Source: Octopus sinensis | Lineage: Eukaryota | Length of the DNA: 64,000 nucleotides | NCBI RefSeq assembly: GCF_006345805.1 | Contig: NC_043013.1 | Span: forward strand, 19,592,001 to 19,656,000 | Direction of reading: 5' to 3' | Part shown: in pieces, positions 27,144 through 39,099 of the stretch | How the letters are laid out: the number at the start of each line of letters is the position of its first letter | Numbering within the stretch: position 1 is the stretch's first letter | Program-made: the position numbers and the translations under genes | The notes under the pieces: model-generated | Seen by the model: only the letters and a program-made list of their open reading frames with translations | What the model was told of the DNA's origin: nothing | Databases searched by the model: none

Positions 27144-27300
27144 TTAAAAAAATACCTTAGAAATGAGAACCCAGTGTTGATTTCAGACTTCCACCTGGAC
27201 ACCTGATGAAGGCTGGAAATCTTGTGGCAATGACAAACTAGATGAGGAAACATATCCGTCCAATGCAAATAATGTAAATAATGCTTTAAAATTTATTCAT
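26849..27300 (+). mobile_element. tRNA-headed, (AAT)n-containing, hammerhead-bearing short retroelement
   Basis: A box TAGCGTAGTGG at 26856-26866, (AAT)n, CTGATGAAGGCTGG at 27203-27216 with the 3' half of the core deleted; same architecture as 38727-39060. Confidence 0.8.
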
Positions 27301-27757
27301 GAATATCCCTTATCTAGAATACTCTAACATTTATAGCTTTCTGTGATACGTTTGGTTCCTGAAACGTCTTCGTTGTCCCTCAACCTGCAGGACATTGCAG
27401 TCAAATCCTTCCTCACGTTTTGCCGGATCAAACACGGACAGACAACAATGATGGTGTAATTGTCATTAAAATATACTGGAAAATCAATCATGATGAAATA
27501 CTTCTAACCTTCGATATCTGTTCGATCAAGAATAACCTGGAGCAAAACAAAAACCTCCTTTCTTAATTATAAACGTATCAAATTCCATCTAATTACTTAA
27601 AACTCATTACTAAATTAATTGTTTATCTTTTCTTTTTCTCAATAAAAGATGACTGGAGTTTGGACCACCTTTGGTCATCGATCTTCTCGATGATAGCGGA
27701 CTTGGGGTTAAACAACAACTAAAGCAATTGCATAAAAAACAAAAAAACAAGAAAACA

Positions 27758-27759
27758 TA

Positions 27760-27852
<93 letters not shown>
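27758..27852. repeat. (TAC)n(TGC)n(TAC)n microsatellite
   Basis: Directly visible. Confidence 0.95.
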
Positions 27853-27899
27853 TACTGTATCTGGTGAACAAGTGAGACAGTGACGCTCTTGTTATCCCA

Positions 27900-28430
27900 A
27901 TGTGCATAGCCTACCATAAGTGTAGGCTATGCCATATTTTTGTGGAAGGCATTACGCATGTCCTAAAATGCCGTCACGGTGTTACCTTCCTATGCGGCAC
28001 GATGTTGTTGCTAAAACAATTTACAATGCCATCCGCAAAAAAGACCGTGCTGAAATAAACTTAGAAAATCCCTCTCTTATGGAATACATTCATAAACACC
28101 AACTCAAGGAATACTGGTGGTATATTCCAATCAAAACCTCTGTCGAATTTAAGCATAACATGCCGGATTTTGTTGTTTAGGATAGAGGGGCAAAGGTATA
28201 TAGTATCACGGAGGCCTGCTGCCCTGCAGATATAAATATCTCTTTGAAAATTAAAGGAAAAGGGGATATTTATGGACAACTGCTTTTAAACATCCAGCTT
28301 CTATATCCAGACTATGAATTCACATTCATGCCAATAATGATTGGAGTACTAGGTTTTGTTAGTAAATGCTTAAAGGAGAATCTGGATAAACTGGGATTTT
28401 CAGAAAGAGATAATTAAGAAGCATGCAAAC
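27900..28430 (+). pseudogene. R4/Dong-like non-LTR retrotransposon C-terminal RLE fragment
   Basis: CPKM..YLPMRHDVVAK, HNMPDFVV*D, K..Y, PIMIGVLG motifs typical of restriction-like endonuclease LINEs; contains stops. Confidence 0.8.
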
Positions 28431-28639
28431 TGAAAAAATTAAACATCTTATTACAACATTTTTATATCAAATCATGCCATTCCTATTCAGGGGGTCAAAC
28501 GTTAACAATGTGTTGAAGTATTGAATCAAAAGGACCTAACCCTTTTAATCCAATCTGTTGTCGCCACATTAACTCGCTTTTTTAGTGGGGAGATAACCTA
28601 GTTTTTAAATGGCAATTTTTTAATGGGGGTGAAATAATC

Positions 28640-28795
28640 ACAACGTACGCAGGTTTCTTTCACTTTCCGTCTACAAAATCCACTTCTAAGGCTATGGTAG
28701 AGGGCAACTGTCCTAGGTTGCACGCAGTGGGACTGAACCCGAATCCATGTGGTTGAGAAGCAAGCTTCTTACCACTTAGGCACACCTACGCCTAT
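28640..28795 (-). mobile_element. SINE family 3, 5' part
   Basis: GTGGGACTGAACCC and CTTCTTACCAC on the forward strand. Confidence 0.75.
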
Positions 28796-28926
28796 ATACG
28801 TATATATGAATATGTACGTTAGATGGCGCTGTGGAAGCGGGTGCACTTGTAATGTGGAAACTACATTTCAAAAGACTGATGTTTTTCTGATTTTCTTAGG
28901 TTTATTTTTAAGTATTTAATAACTAA

Positions 28927-29120
28927 AGTGAAAGTATGTTGTCAACTTCATGTGACAGACCCATGAAAGGTTAGAGGTGCTTGTCTCCACTTTGAAAACA
29001 TAAGGACAAAGGAAATGTGTCAAGTCCAACAACAAAAAACGGTTCTTCCCTGGGCTAAATAACAGTAGCATTCTTCCCTTTTATGGGACTGTGACATTAA
29101 GTTGACAACATACTATCACT
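28927..29120. mobile_element. MITE-like element with 42-bp terminal inverted repeats
   Basis: 28927-28968 versus reverse complement of 29079-29120, about 5 mismatches. Confidence 0.7.
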
Positions 29121-29209
29121 TCATCGTGCTGATACTGCATAAATCTCTCTGAGACATTTAGAAATGAGTTATTTCTATTTATTAATTATATATATTACCT
29201 TATTATTTT

Positions 29210-29400
29210 TTCACGTTTCAGTCATTTGACTGTGGCTATGCTGGAGCACCGCATTTAGTCAAACAAATCGAGCCCAGAAATTATTCTTTGTAAGCCTTGT
29301 ACTTGCTCTATCGTACAACGCCAAACCGCTAAGTTTCGGACACACAAACGTCAGTTGTAAAATGATAGTAGGAGGACAAACACACACACAAGACCCCCAC
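29210..29400 (-). mobile_element. SINE family 3, 3' part
   Basis: GTTTCAGTCATTTGACTGTGGCTATGCTGGAGCACCGC matches the 23650 and 37663 copies. Confidence 0.75.
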
Positions 29401-29406
29401 ACATAA

Positions 29407-29447
<41 letters not shown>

Positions 29448-30266
29448 AACAAATGAATATATATATATATGCATGTACATATATATAATATATACATGTA
29501 TATATAGTATATGTGTATATATAAATATATATATGTGTGTGGGTATATATATATATTATATATATGTATATATATTATATAGTGTGTATATATATATATC
29601 TATATATATCTATATATTATATATATATATATATTATTTATATATATATCTACGTATATGTAATATATACATATATAATATATGCGCATATATAATATAC
29701 ATAATATATATATATACACACAGACGCGCACACACACACACTCACACATCCAGACATATATATATGTAAACACATGAATACGTATATGTATGTAAAATAT
29801 GTTTATATGCATGTATGGGGTGTTATGTAGCTGCTGCGAGTTTTATTATCTGTAAAGGACAATCTGTGGAATATTGCGAAGAGCGATTTATTGAATGAAT
29901 GCTTAAGGCGTAGATGAAAGAAAGTACAAAAACAAATTTAAACATCACATTATTAGTAATAGTCAAACAATAAAGTAACATGCTGAATAAGGCGTTAATG
30001 TATATAGGAACTTGTTTGTGTTAATAAAGACCTGTTAGCGCATTAACGTATTATTGATGGTACTCTCTGTTTTCTAAATGATGTTATTTTATATTTATCT
30101 TTCCCTTTGAGTTCTTTGTGTAGAGAATTTTAACTTGTTTTAATACATTTAACGCTTATTTTGAACCGAGACTTCTCACTTGGATCTAACCATTTGAAAT
30201 TTATGTTGAAACTGACTTTGGATTGGCCTTTGGTTTACGTCGGATAATTTTTTACTTTATATATGA

Positions 30267-30659
30267 CTAGCAGTATCGCCCGGCGTTGCTCGGGTTTGTA
30301 AGGGAAATAACTATAAAGCATTTTTAGAGAGTTGTAGCCCAAAAATAGCAAAAAATGCATTAAAAATGGAAAAAAAATGTTGGTAAATTTTTTTTTAATC
30401 GTTGACTCATTGTAGACATTTTTAGAGAGTTGCTTCCCTTATATAATAGCGAAAAATGCATTAAAATGGAAAAAAATGATGGTAAATTATTTTTAAAATC
30501 GTAGACTCATCGTAGTCGCGCGCTAATACCCAGAAGGGCTCGATATGAATCACGACTATAAGATACCCGGTTTTGGTTAAACTGCACCGCAAAATGTGGG
30601 GTAGTTAGGAATCTAAATCGTAGGAGACAGACACACAACCTTACTTTTATATATAAAGA
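30267..30659 (-). mobile_element. Non-autonomous Helitron (393 bp)
   Basis: 5' TC, 3' CTAG, subterminal hairpin CCCGAGCAACGCCGGG (30279-30294), inserted between A and T with no TSD; internal direct repeat of about 100 bp. Confidence 0.9.
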
Positions 30660-30759
30660 TATGGTTTGTATGTGTGTGTGTGTGTGTGTGTGTATGTGTG
30701 TGAAAACATACATTCCCACAGACACACAGACACATGAATTGGTTTAAATGGTTTGCTCG

Positions 30760-30940
30760 AAGCCAGGAAGTTCGAGGTAATGTGTCAGTTGATTACATTG
30801 ACTCCAGTTCTCAACTTTATCGACGCCGAAGAGATGAAAAGCAAAGTCGACCTCAGCGACATTTGAAATCAGATCATAAAAGACGGTCGAAATGCCGCTA
30901 AGCATCTTGCCCGACTTGCTGACGATACAGCTGGCTCGAC
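30760..30940 (-). mobile_element. SINE family 2, degenerate
   Basis: ATGAAAAGCAAAGTCGACCTC..GCTAAGCAT matches the family on the minus strand. Confidence 0.7.
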
Positions 30941-31746
30941 ACCTTGCACACACATAATTATTCGTATATATTCGTTACTCCGAGGAGTTTCTCTCGCTTG
31001 ATAGGAGTCAGTAAATGCTCAGCTTCGAACATAGAAACTCATCTATATGCAATGTGTAATATTTCTCTTTCATACAAATATATCTGCGCACATTCATCCA
31101 TAGAAATACTTACACGCACATACATTCACACAGACATTACACACACACACAGCCGTATACACACACACACACACATACACTCAGCGGGGATGAGAGAGAT
31201 AGATTGGGAGAGTGTGAGCCAGGCTATGACAGAGAGCAGATTAATGTGATAGACTAAAAGGAAGTTATAGAAGAAGAGAGTGTGAAGGTGGCGTGAAATA
31301 GAAAGAAAGAGGAGAAAAACAAGGAGAGAGAGACAGAGAGGAGGAAGTGATAGAGGGGAGAGAGGGAGAGAGGGAGAGAGAGTGGGAGAGAGAGGGAGAG
31401 AGAGAGAGAGAGAGGGAGAGAGAGAGAGATGAAGTTAGGTAAGTTTGAAAATGTAAGATAAAACGAAAAAGAAATTAGCAAAGAAAGCAATTTAGTGAAG
31501 GCGGACAAAAGTTATTTTCAATATCATTTAGCTACGATACGCATGGCCGCACAAGATTTTCAATTAGCGCTCTGTAGGTAATCTTTAATATCTTACTCTT
31601 CAAAACCGCCATTGGCAAATTTTTATACGTACTCATAGCTCTATATACACTCGTGTGAGTATGTGTGTATAGAGGGTGAGGGATGTATGCGCCTGTATGT
31701 GAAAGAGAGAGTGTGTATTTAGTTGAATGTTTCATACACACACACA

Positions 31747-31812
<66 letters not shown>

Positions 31813-32409
31813 AACACATACAAAAATATAAACAAACACATGCAAATATATATACACTCACACACAAATCTATATTTACAAATTTATATACTTATATAAC
31901 ATATATACATATATGCAAAACACAAATATATATATATACACACATGCATATATATATACATACATAAATACATAAATATATACATATAGATATACACAAA
32001 TATATATATATATATGCATGTGTATGTATGTATCTATGTTTACAGATATTTACGTGTATATATTTATGTATGTACACACACACATATGTATATATGCATA
32101 TATTTATAATATGTATACACATATATGTATGTCTATTATAGATACATATAATTAAAGTAAGCGTGTAAGGGGTGCGTGTCCGCATGTAGGAGTGTGTAGG
32201 TGTGCATGTGTGAGTGTGTAGTATGCGTGTGTGACGTAGTGTCAGTATTTACACTATCTTCTGTCGAAATATTACATCTATTTATAAACCGACTATTTGT
32301 TGTATCAGATTATTAGTAAATCAAGCGAGCTCTCAGTCTAGTGAGGCGTATTTAAAAAACAGTTCATCTCCCTCACATTTATTCTTTATAAACAGATAGA
32401 TACAAGTGT

Positions 32410-32684
32410 GTATATATATATATATATATAATTATATATATATATAGACATATATATACATATAAAGTCACACATATTCTATTTGATGAATATATATATA
32501 TATGCATATATATGTACATATATATACATATATATATATGCATATATATGTACATATATATACATATATATATATGCATATATATACATATATATATATG
32601 CATATATATATATGCATATATATATATAATATATATATGCATATATATATATATATATGCATATATATATATATGTACATATAT

Positions 32685-32715
<31 letters not shown>

Positions 32716-32833
32716 GCATATATATATATATGTACATATATATATAACATATATATATATATATGCACATATATATATATATATATGTACATATATATAT
32801 ATATAATATATATATATAGATATATATATATAT

Positions 32834-32870
<37 letters not shown>
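32410..32870. repeat. Long TA-rich compound tract with 36-bp higher-order periodicity
   Basis: GCATATATAT unit starts at 32504, 32540 and 32576. Confidence 0.85.
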
Positions 32871-32872
<2 letters not shown>

Positions 32873-33816
32873 TCAAGAGGATTTTTTTTCACTTATTTAT
32901 GAAATGAGACAGAAAGAGCAAACAAGCAAAACTAAGATAAAAACACAAATAAAAGTCTCTGCTTCACCTTAGTACTGCGGTGGATGTGTGCAGTTTCTCT
33001 CCTGAATATCTGAGCGTGTGTTTGCGCTTGTATTTTGGCTCATGTTCTCGTTTGTGTGCGTGCGTGCGTGGGTGTGTGTGTATGTTTATAAATGATGAAC
33101 TGGAAGAATTAAGTGTTGTGCATTCCCTAATATACTTGTTGGTGTTATACCCTCTACTTACTTTTTCTCTTTTTCTTCCTTTTTTTTTTGTTTTTCTGTA
33201 GTGGTTGAAATACATTTGAATAGGTTGCTTCTCTGACACTTTTTTTTTTTTACAGGAACTCTGAGACTGGTGAGAATGAATAAAGGAAATTATGTTCTCA
33301 TGAAATGACCTGCTCGGTATTCATTCTTCAAAATCTTTAACCCGTTGGGTTAATCATCGTCTCTTCCATTAGCTTCTTCAAGGACCTCCAAGACATTTGA
33401 TAATCGAGGAGGAAGATATTTTCCAATCATTAGTTTCCTCAATTACCAATGCTTGCAACGTATTGAACTCCCGTGAAATCAATGAATGATCTGTACGTGG
33501 GGATAAATATTAAGAGATCATCCAGAACAGGGACGCTGCATTGGATGGAATACTTATCTTCTGCATAACTTCCAAACAGCAAATTCCACACGAACTTTAA
33601 CCATTATGCCAACACCCTGCTTACACATATCTCGGAGTTCGGAAGTTAGCTATAATAGAAGCCCTCTCAGCCGTTGTAAGTAGTAGCATAAACACATAAA
33701 CGAGTCGTTATTTGAGCGAAATTAATCCCCTCAAAAGTAGAATTTTGAGAAAGTTTTCATGGGTCTGCATATAATCCTACACCACCATCACGAAACCGAA
33801 AGTGATTAATTAAACT

Positions 33817-33979
33817 TACCAGCGTGGCTAGAGTGTGTGCCACCCGGGCGGCCCTTCCGTTTGCTGTCCCTGGACCTCACACAAAACACATGTTGCCTAC
33901 AGCGGACCCAAAAGTGATCCCCCTTTGAAAGTACCGCACAGGGTGGACTAATCTACCGCACCCACTTGCTACGCTAGTG
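33817..33979. mobile_element. hAT-type MITE (163 bp)
   Basis: Imperfect 15-bp TIRs (11/15) and 8-bp TSD ATTAAACT/ATTAAAAT (7/8). Confidence 0.55.
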
Positions 33980-34084
33980 ATTAAAATAAAAGTTTTATAA
34001 CATCCCCTAAAATAAAACCCTGTCGTGAGGAGATGAGAACCATTATTTCTCAGAAAATAGCAAGTTTTTCTTTTTTTTTTTTTG

Positions 34085-34450
34085 TCTTGTTTCAGTTATT
34101 AGACTACGACTATGATGGACAACCGCCTTGAAGAATTATTGTCGAAAGAATTAAGCCCAGAAATCATTAATTTTTTGTAAGATTTGGAGCTTATTCTATT
34201 GCTCACTTGGCCGAATCTCTAACTTACGGGAACGTAAAACACCACCGCAAGTTCTCAAGCTGTGGCAGGGGACAAACACATACACAAAGACACACAAATT
34301 GATAAATACATACGACGGGTTTCTTTCAATTTCCATCTACCAAATCCACTCGCAAGTCATTGGTTACTCCGAATTTACAACAGAAAAACTGAACCGAGAA
34401 CTATGTCCCTACGAAGCAAAATTTTTACCAGATAGTCACGCCCGCGCCTA
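34085..34450 (-). mobile_element. SINE family 3, degenerate
   Basis: TTTCTTTCAATTTCCATCTACCAAATCCACTCGCAAG matches the 23880 region. Confidence 0.7.
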
Positions 34451-35149
34451 AATTTAGCGATTATTTACTTTGCTCTGATGATTTCAATTTCTGTGAAGGA
34501 GAGAGAATAGGCAGAGAACTACTTCTAGATTCCAGTCAAATTCCAGAGATTTGGTTACAGCTGTAATATCTGGGGCTTTGTCCGCTGAGTTCTACCTGGT
34601 TTTCTTACACATATCAATATCAACATTAGATTCGATCTGACGGATGAGCATTTTGTCAGTTTGCTCGACCTGCTAAAAGCATCTGTCAAATCACACACAA
34701 ATTACACCGCAACAGCTTACAAAGAAAGTAGAGATTAGATTATGAGCTCATACCTATACTGCTTAATGGGAAAAGATGAAGCAACCGCGGTTGGAATGCT
34801 TTAGGCCAAACGTCTGCTGTATCAAAGCTGACATACAGACCGACAAATAACGTCAACATGAATCCTAAAACACATGGTCTTTCACGATATATAACACTAG
34901 GCGGGTGTCTTATCCGGCAATAGAATATACACCATTAGTGTGTGCGAGTGGGGGGATGTCTTTCTGTCTGCTTGTCTCTCTCTCTCTCTCTCACTCACCG
35001 TCTCTCTGTATGTAGAATCAGTGATGAATGCGACTATTAGTTGCTAGTTGAGATGAAAGTCTTCTCTTGAATCCACGTCCACTGATGGTGATATGATGAT
35101 GTCATGAATCATTAACCACTGGAAGAGTTGTATCAGCTAAATAATCCTT

Positions 35150-35545
35150 CTTCTATAGGCACAAGATCTGATATTTAGGGGAGGAGTAGTTGTTACATTG
35201 AGACCAGCACTTGACTGGGAGCTATTTTAGCTACTCTGATATGATGAAATACAAAGTTAACCTCGGCAGAATTTGATCTCAGAATGTAATGCCCGAGAAA
35301 ATGCCCCTGTGCATTTTGTTTTGCGTGCTTAAGGTTCTGCTTGTCCGCTGTGAAATAATGGTTTCAAATTGCTGCACAAGTCCACCAGTTTCAAGGGAGA
35401 TGGTAATTCGATTACATCGAACTTAGTGCTCAACTGTTACTTATTTTATCGACCCTGAAAGTATGAAACGTAAACTGGAACTCGGCGGAATTTGAACTCC
35501 GAGCGTAAAGCAGGAAGAAATATCACTAAGAACGTTTGCGTACTA
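35150..35545 (-). mobile_element. Two tandem degenerate SINE family 2 copies
   Basis: Two CTCGGC(A/G)GAATTTGA(T/A)CTC B-box segments at about 35270 and 35485. Confidence 0.65.
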
Positions 35546-36208
35546 ACGGTTCTGCCTATTTGCCATTAAATAATAACAGTGAGAATATGTTGCTACTTTG
35601 GTTATAATCCGCCAAATGAAGACTCGATAGAAATGAAAGGGGGAATTTAGTGGGGTGGCATATGGGAATGGTGTGTGTGAGGTGCAAAATGAACAAAGGA
35701 TCAGGAAGTATACATTCCTAATGACTAAGTCTACCACACCATTTTCTATATTTCTTCATTCATCATTCTCCGTGAAATGAACGTCCGAAACGTTAAATTC
35801 TTCATTATCCATTGTCAGTGAATTTGCTAAACCATTCCAGGAATGCTTCTCTCATTCTTGTGTATACATTCACTGGTATTTCTATATTAAAGACACCCTG
35901 ATAGAGTCAATGATATTGAATCATATTTAAAAGTTTGAAGGTGAAAATGTCAGCCATTAATTAATTATGATACAATGGAGAAAGCATTGCACTGCAAAGC
36001 TATAGGTCATGATTTCAAGATTGAATCAGGCAGGTATATTGTAGATGTTGTCTCTTATCTTCATTTCAGCATTGATTATACAGAGCTATGAGGAAAAAAA
36101 TATTTCGAGAATGGTCATATAGTGTTGTTTCAGATGTATAAAGCAATAGTAGCCATAGTAGGCGATCAAAGCTATGTATGTGGCTTCGATAGACGAAGAA
36201 GCCTATTT

Positions 36209-36241
<33 letters not shown>

Positions 36242-36825
36242 ATATTTGTCCCCCACCAGCGATTGATAATCGGTGTTGATGTGTTTATATCCCTGTAACT
36301 TAGTGACTCAGTAAAAAGGACCGATAGAATAAGTACCAGGCTTAAAAAAGTAAATGCTGATATCGATTCGTTCGACAACCCAGCATGGCCGCACTGTAAT
36401 GACTGAAACATGTAAAAACTACAAAAATAAAATACGTACGATTTGAATTCTAAAACATACAGTGACAAAATTAAAGGTATTCGATTCAGAATAACACTGT
36501 AAGAGAAACGGTAAGTGTAAGAAAAGAATCAGCTGATCCTATTACAATGAATTAGAAGTATGATGGCATTATCAATCTATCACTGATGTATTGTCCAGAT
36601 AGAAGAGGCGAGAATTTAGTGGAGTCTTATCTGTGTTGATAAATTTGACTTGTGTTATTGCTCTGTCAGATTAATTCAATTCACTAAAGATTTGCCACAC
36701 AATAAGTTACTGTCGTCTTCAGATTTGCTGACGCAGTAACGACTTCTTTCACAGATTTTGGTGCGAAATTATGGCTTCACACCGCATACGTCTATTATAC
36801 AACTATTGGAGAATTTAATTGCATA

Positions 36826-37027
36826 GGCGTGGCTGTGTGGTAAGTAGCTTGCTTCCAAACCACATGGTTCCGGGTTCAGTCCCACTGCATGACACCTTGG
36901 GTAAATGGCTTCTATAATAGCTTTCAGGGTTGATAAATTAAGTACCAGTTGCGTACAGGGGTCTATCTTATCGACTGGCCCCCCACTCCAAAAATTTCGG
37001 GCCTTGTACCTAGATTAGAAAAGATTA
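36826..37027 (+). mobile_element. Chimeric SINE: family 3 head joined to a family 2 3' half
   Basis: GGCGTGGCTGTGTGGTAAG..CTTCTATAATAGC followed by TTTCAGGGTTGATAAATTAAGTACCAG. Confidence 0.8.
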
Positions 37028-37121
37028 TATACTAGTTAAATAGATGGATGTGTATATCAGCAAACACACACACACACGCACACACACACCACACACACAC
37101 ACCACACACACACACACACAC

Positions 37122-37181
<60 letters not shown>

Positions 37182-37662
37182 TAAGTACCATTTGCAAACT
37201 CTTAACTCCTGGATCGCTTCCGTATTTTTCTCTCAAATAAATATATATATATATATTTAACGAGAGACAGCAGAGGTATAGATCCACAATGAAAAAGCGA
37301 CTCGCTGCAGCAGAGAAGGAAATTTGGGCCACGTGAGCTTCATACGTCAAAAAGAGGTGGTAGAAGAGACAGTATAAGATGGAAGAATGTAAGTTTGATA
37401 AAATAAGGAGACGCAAGCAAAATCGGGAGTGAGATAAAGAGAAAAGATCGGGTGAGAACGGAGCAGAAAGATAAGAAAGGGCTTGACGAATTAAGAGAAG
37501 TTGAATGTGGAGAGGGTAAAACCTTAATTAGAACCTATCGGTGATATGGAGAGAGTTTAGAATATGAAACGTTGTTCTCTCCGGGGATAAAGGTGTCTAT
37601 TGTAAACTCAGTACCCATATTTCGTATCATTTAACTGCATATTTGAGAAAATTCTTCTACCA

Positions 37663-38031
37663 GTTTCAGTCATTTGACTGCAGCCATGCTAGTGCACCAG
37701 CTTAAAGGTTTTTCATCGAAGAACTCGACTCCGGGACTTATTCTTTGTAAGCCTAGGATTTATTCCATCGGGGACATAAACGTACCAGCATCGGTTGTCA
37801 AGCGATGTTGGGAGGGACAAACTCACAGACACACAGACACACACACACACACACACACAAGTATATGCGACAGGCTTCTTTCAGTTTCCGTCAACCAAAT
37901 CCACTCACAAGGCTTTAGTCGGCGCGAGCCTATAGTAGAAGATACTTGCCCAAGGTGCGATGCAGTGGGAATGAACCCGGAACCCATGTTGTTGGGAAGC
38001 AAGCTTCTTACCACACAATCACGTCTACGTC
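37663..38031 (-). mobile_element. SINE family 3, full length
   Basis: Collinear with 23607-24032. Confidence 0.9.
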
Positions 38032-38726
38032 TATATGAGAGCCACGCAAAAGTGTAGTGTTGACAGAGAATCACATTGAAAAACTGTGCAGTTTATGTCA
38101 ATGTCAGAGGCGTTCATAGCATCTCTTTACAAATAGTCTTCCAGTGCTGCAGAGAATTCGACAGAAAATTAGCAACAATCAGAGACCTCTCATTTATTTC
38201 CATGAATTTACCAATCCAGCTATGAAGAAGACTGTCAAACATTTCTCTTTTTATTTTATATTATTTTATTTTTTGTGATCACTCTATGCAATGAGCAGAT
38301 TTTTGTGCCATTCGTGGCGGTCTTCTAGAATATATTTCATTGATTGCTTGTCGTTACAATCATACAAAACACGTTTCCACCCACTTTGTTCATCGTGGAA
38401 TAACTTGTTATCCTTCCAGAAGATATAGATACATTCAATAATGATTGATATCCCTGTTATTGGTCGGTAAATATAAGTTTTGTAACTCCATTCCCTAAAT
38501 AGTGAGGAATTTTCCTGGGGTCATAATAATAAAAGGAAACAGTCCCAAATTGAGATTAATGGACAGTATTCAACCTAAGCTAGAGATTGTTATTTATATC
38601 ACATGAATTCCGCTTTTTAGATATTCTCAGTGCAGTCCTGAGATTCTCAATAGAGATGCCTTTCCATATTTGCTCTTTATTAAGTTAATAATCTCTAACT
38701 TGTTGATGAATCCAAAGAGCATAACA

Positions 38727-38930
38727 ATTATTTACAATTGACGGATATTTGTCCTCATCTTGTTTGTTGTCAACACAGCGTTTCGGCGGATATACCCTCC
38801 AGCCTTCATCAGGTGCCTTGAGGAAATTTCGAACCTGGGTTCTCATTCTTAAGGTATTTTTCGATGTTGTTATTATTATCATCAACATCATCATTATTAT
38901 TAATTATTATTATTAATAAACATTCATTAA

Positions 38931-38983
<53 letters not shown>

Positions 38984-39060
38984 TTCAGGTCACTGCCTGG
39001 AATCAAACTCGGAATCTTGGTGTTTGTAGCCCGCGCTCCTAACCACTACACCATATGCCC
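38727..39060 (-). mobile_element. tRNA-headed hammerhead-bearing short retroelement, second locus
   Basis: A box 39043-39053, B box 38999-39010, (AAT)n, HHR unit; bounded by a 12-bp inverted repeat at 38727-38738 and 39061-39072. Confidence 0.85.
38772..38817 (-). ncRNA. Hammerhead motif, U16.1C variant
   Basis: GGCAC-CTGATGA-A-GGC..GCC-GAAAC-GCT-GTGTT; the family consensus triplet is GTT according to the 26530 copy. Confidence 0.6.
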
Positions 39061-39099
39061 ATTGTAAATAATGTAACTACTTTGCATAATTCTTCATCT

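Noticed and set aside
35765-35800. CCGAAACGTT hammerhead 3' half
   Set aside because: No upstream CUGANGA core
38987-39060. tRNA gene (also 26849-26901 and the other SINE heads)
   Set aside because: A/B boxes are present but the acceptor stem is poor, the B box is decayed and the head is fused to a repeat body; these are SINE heads
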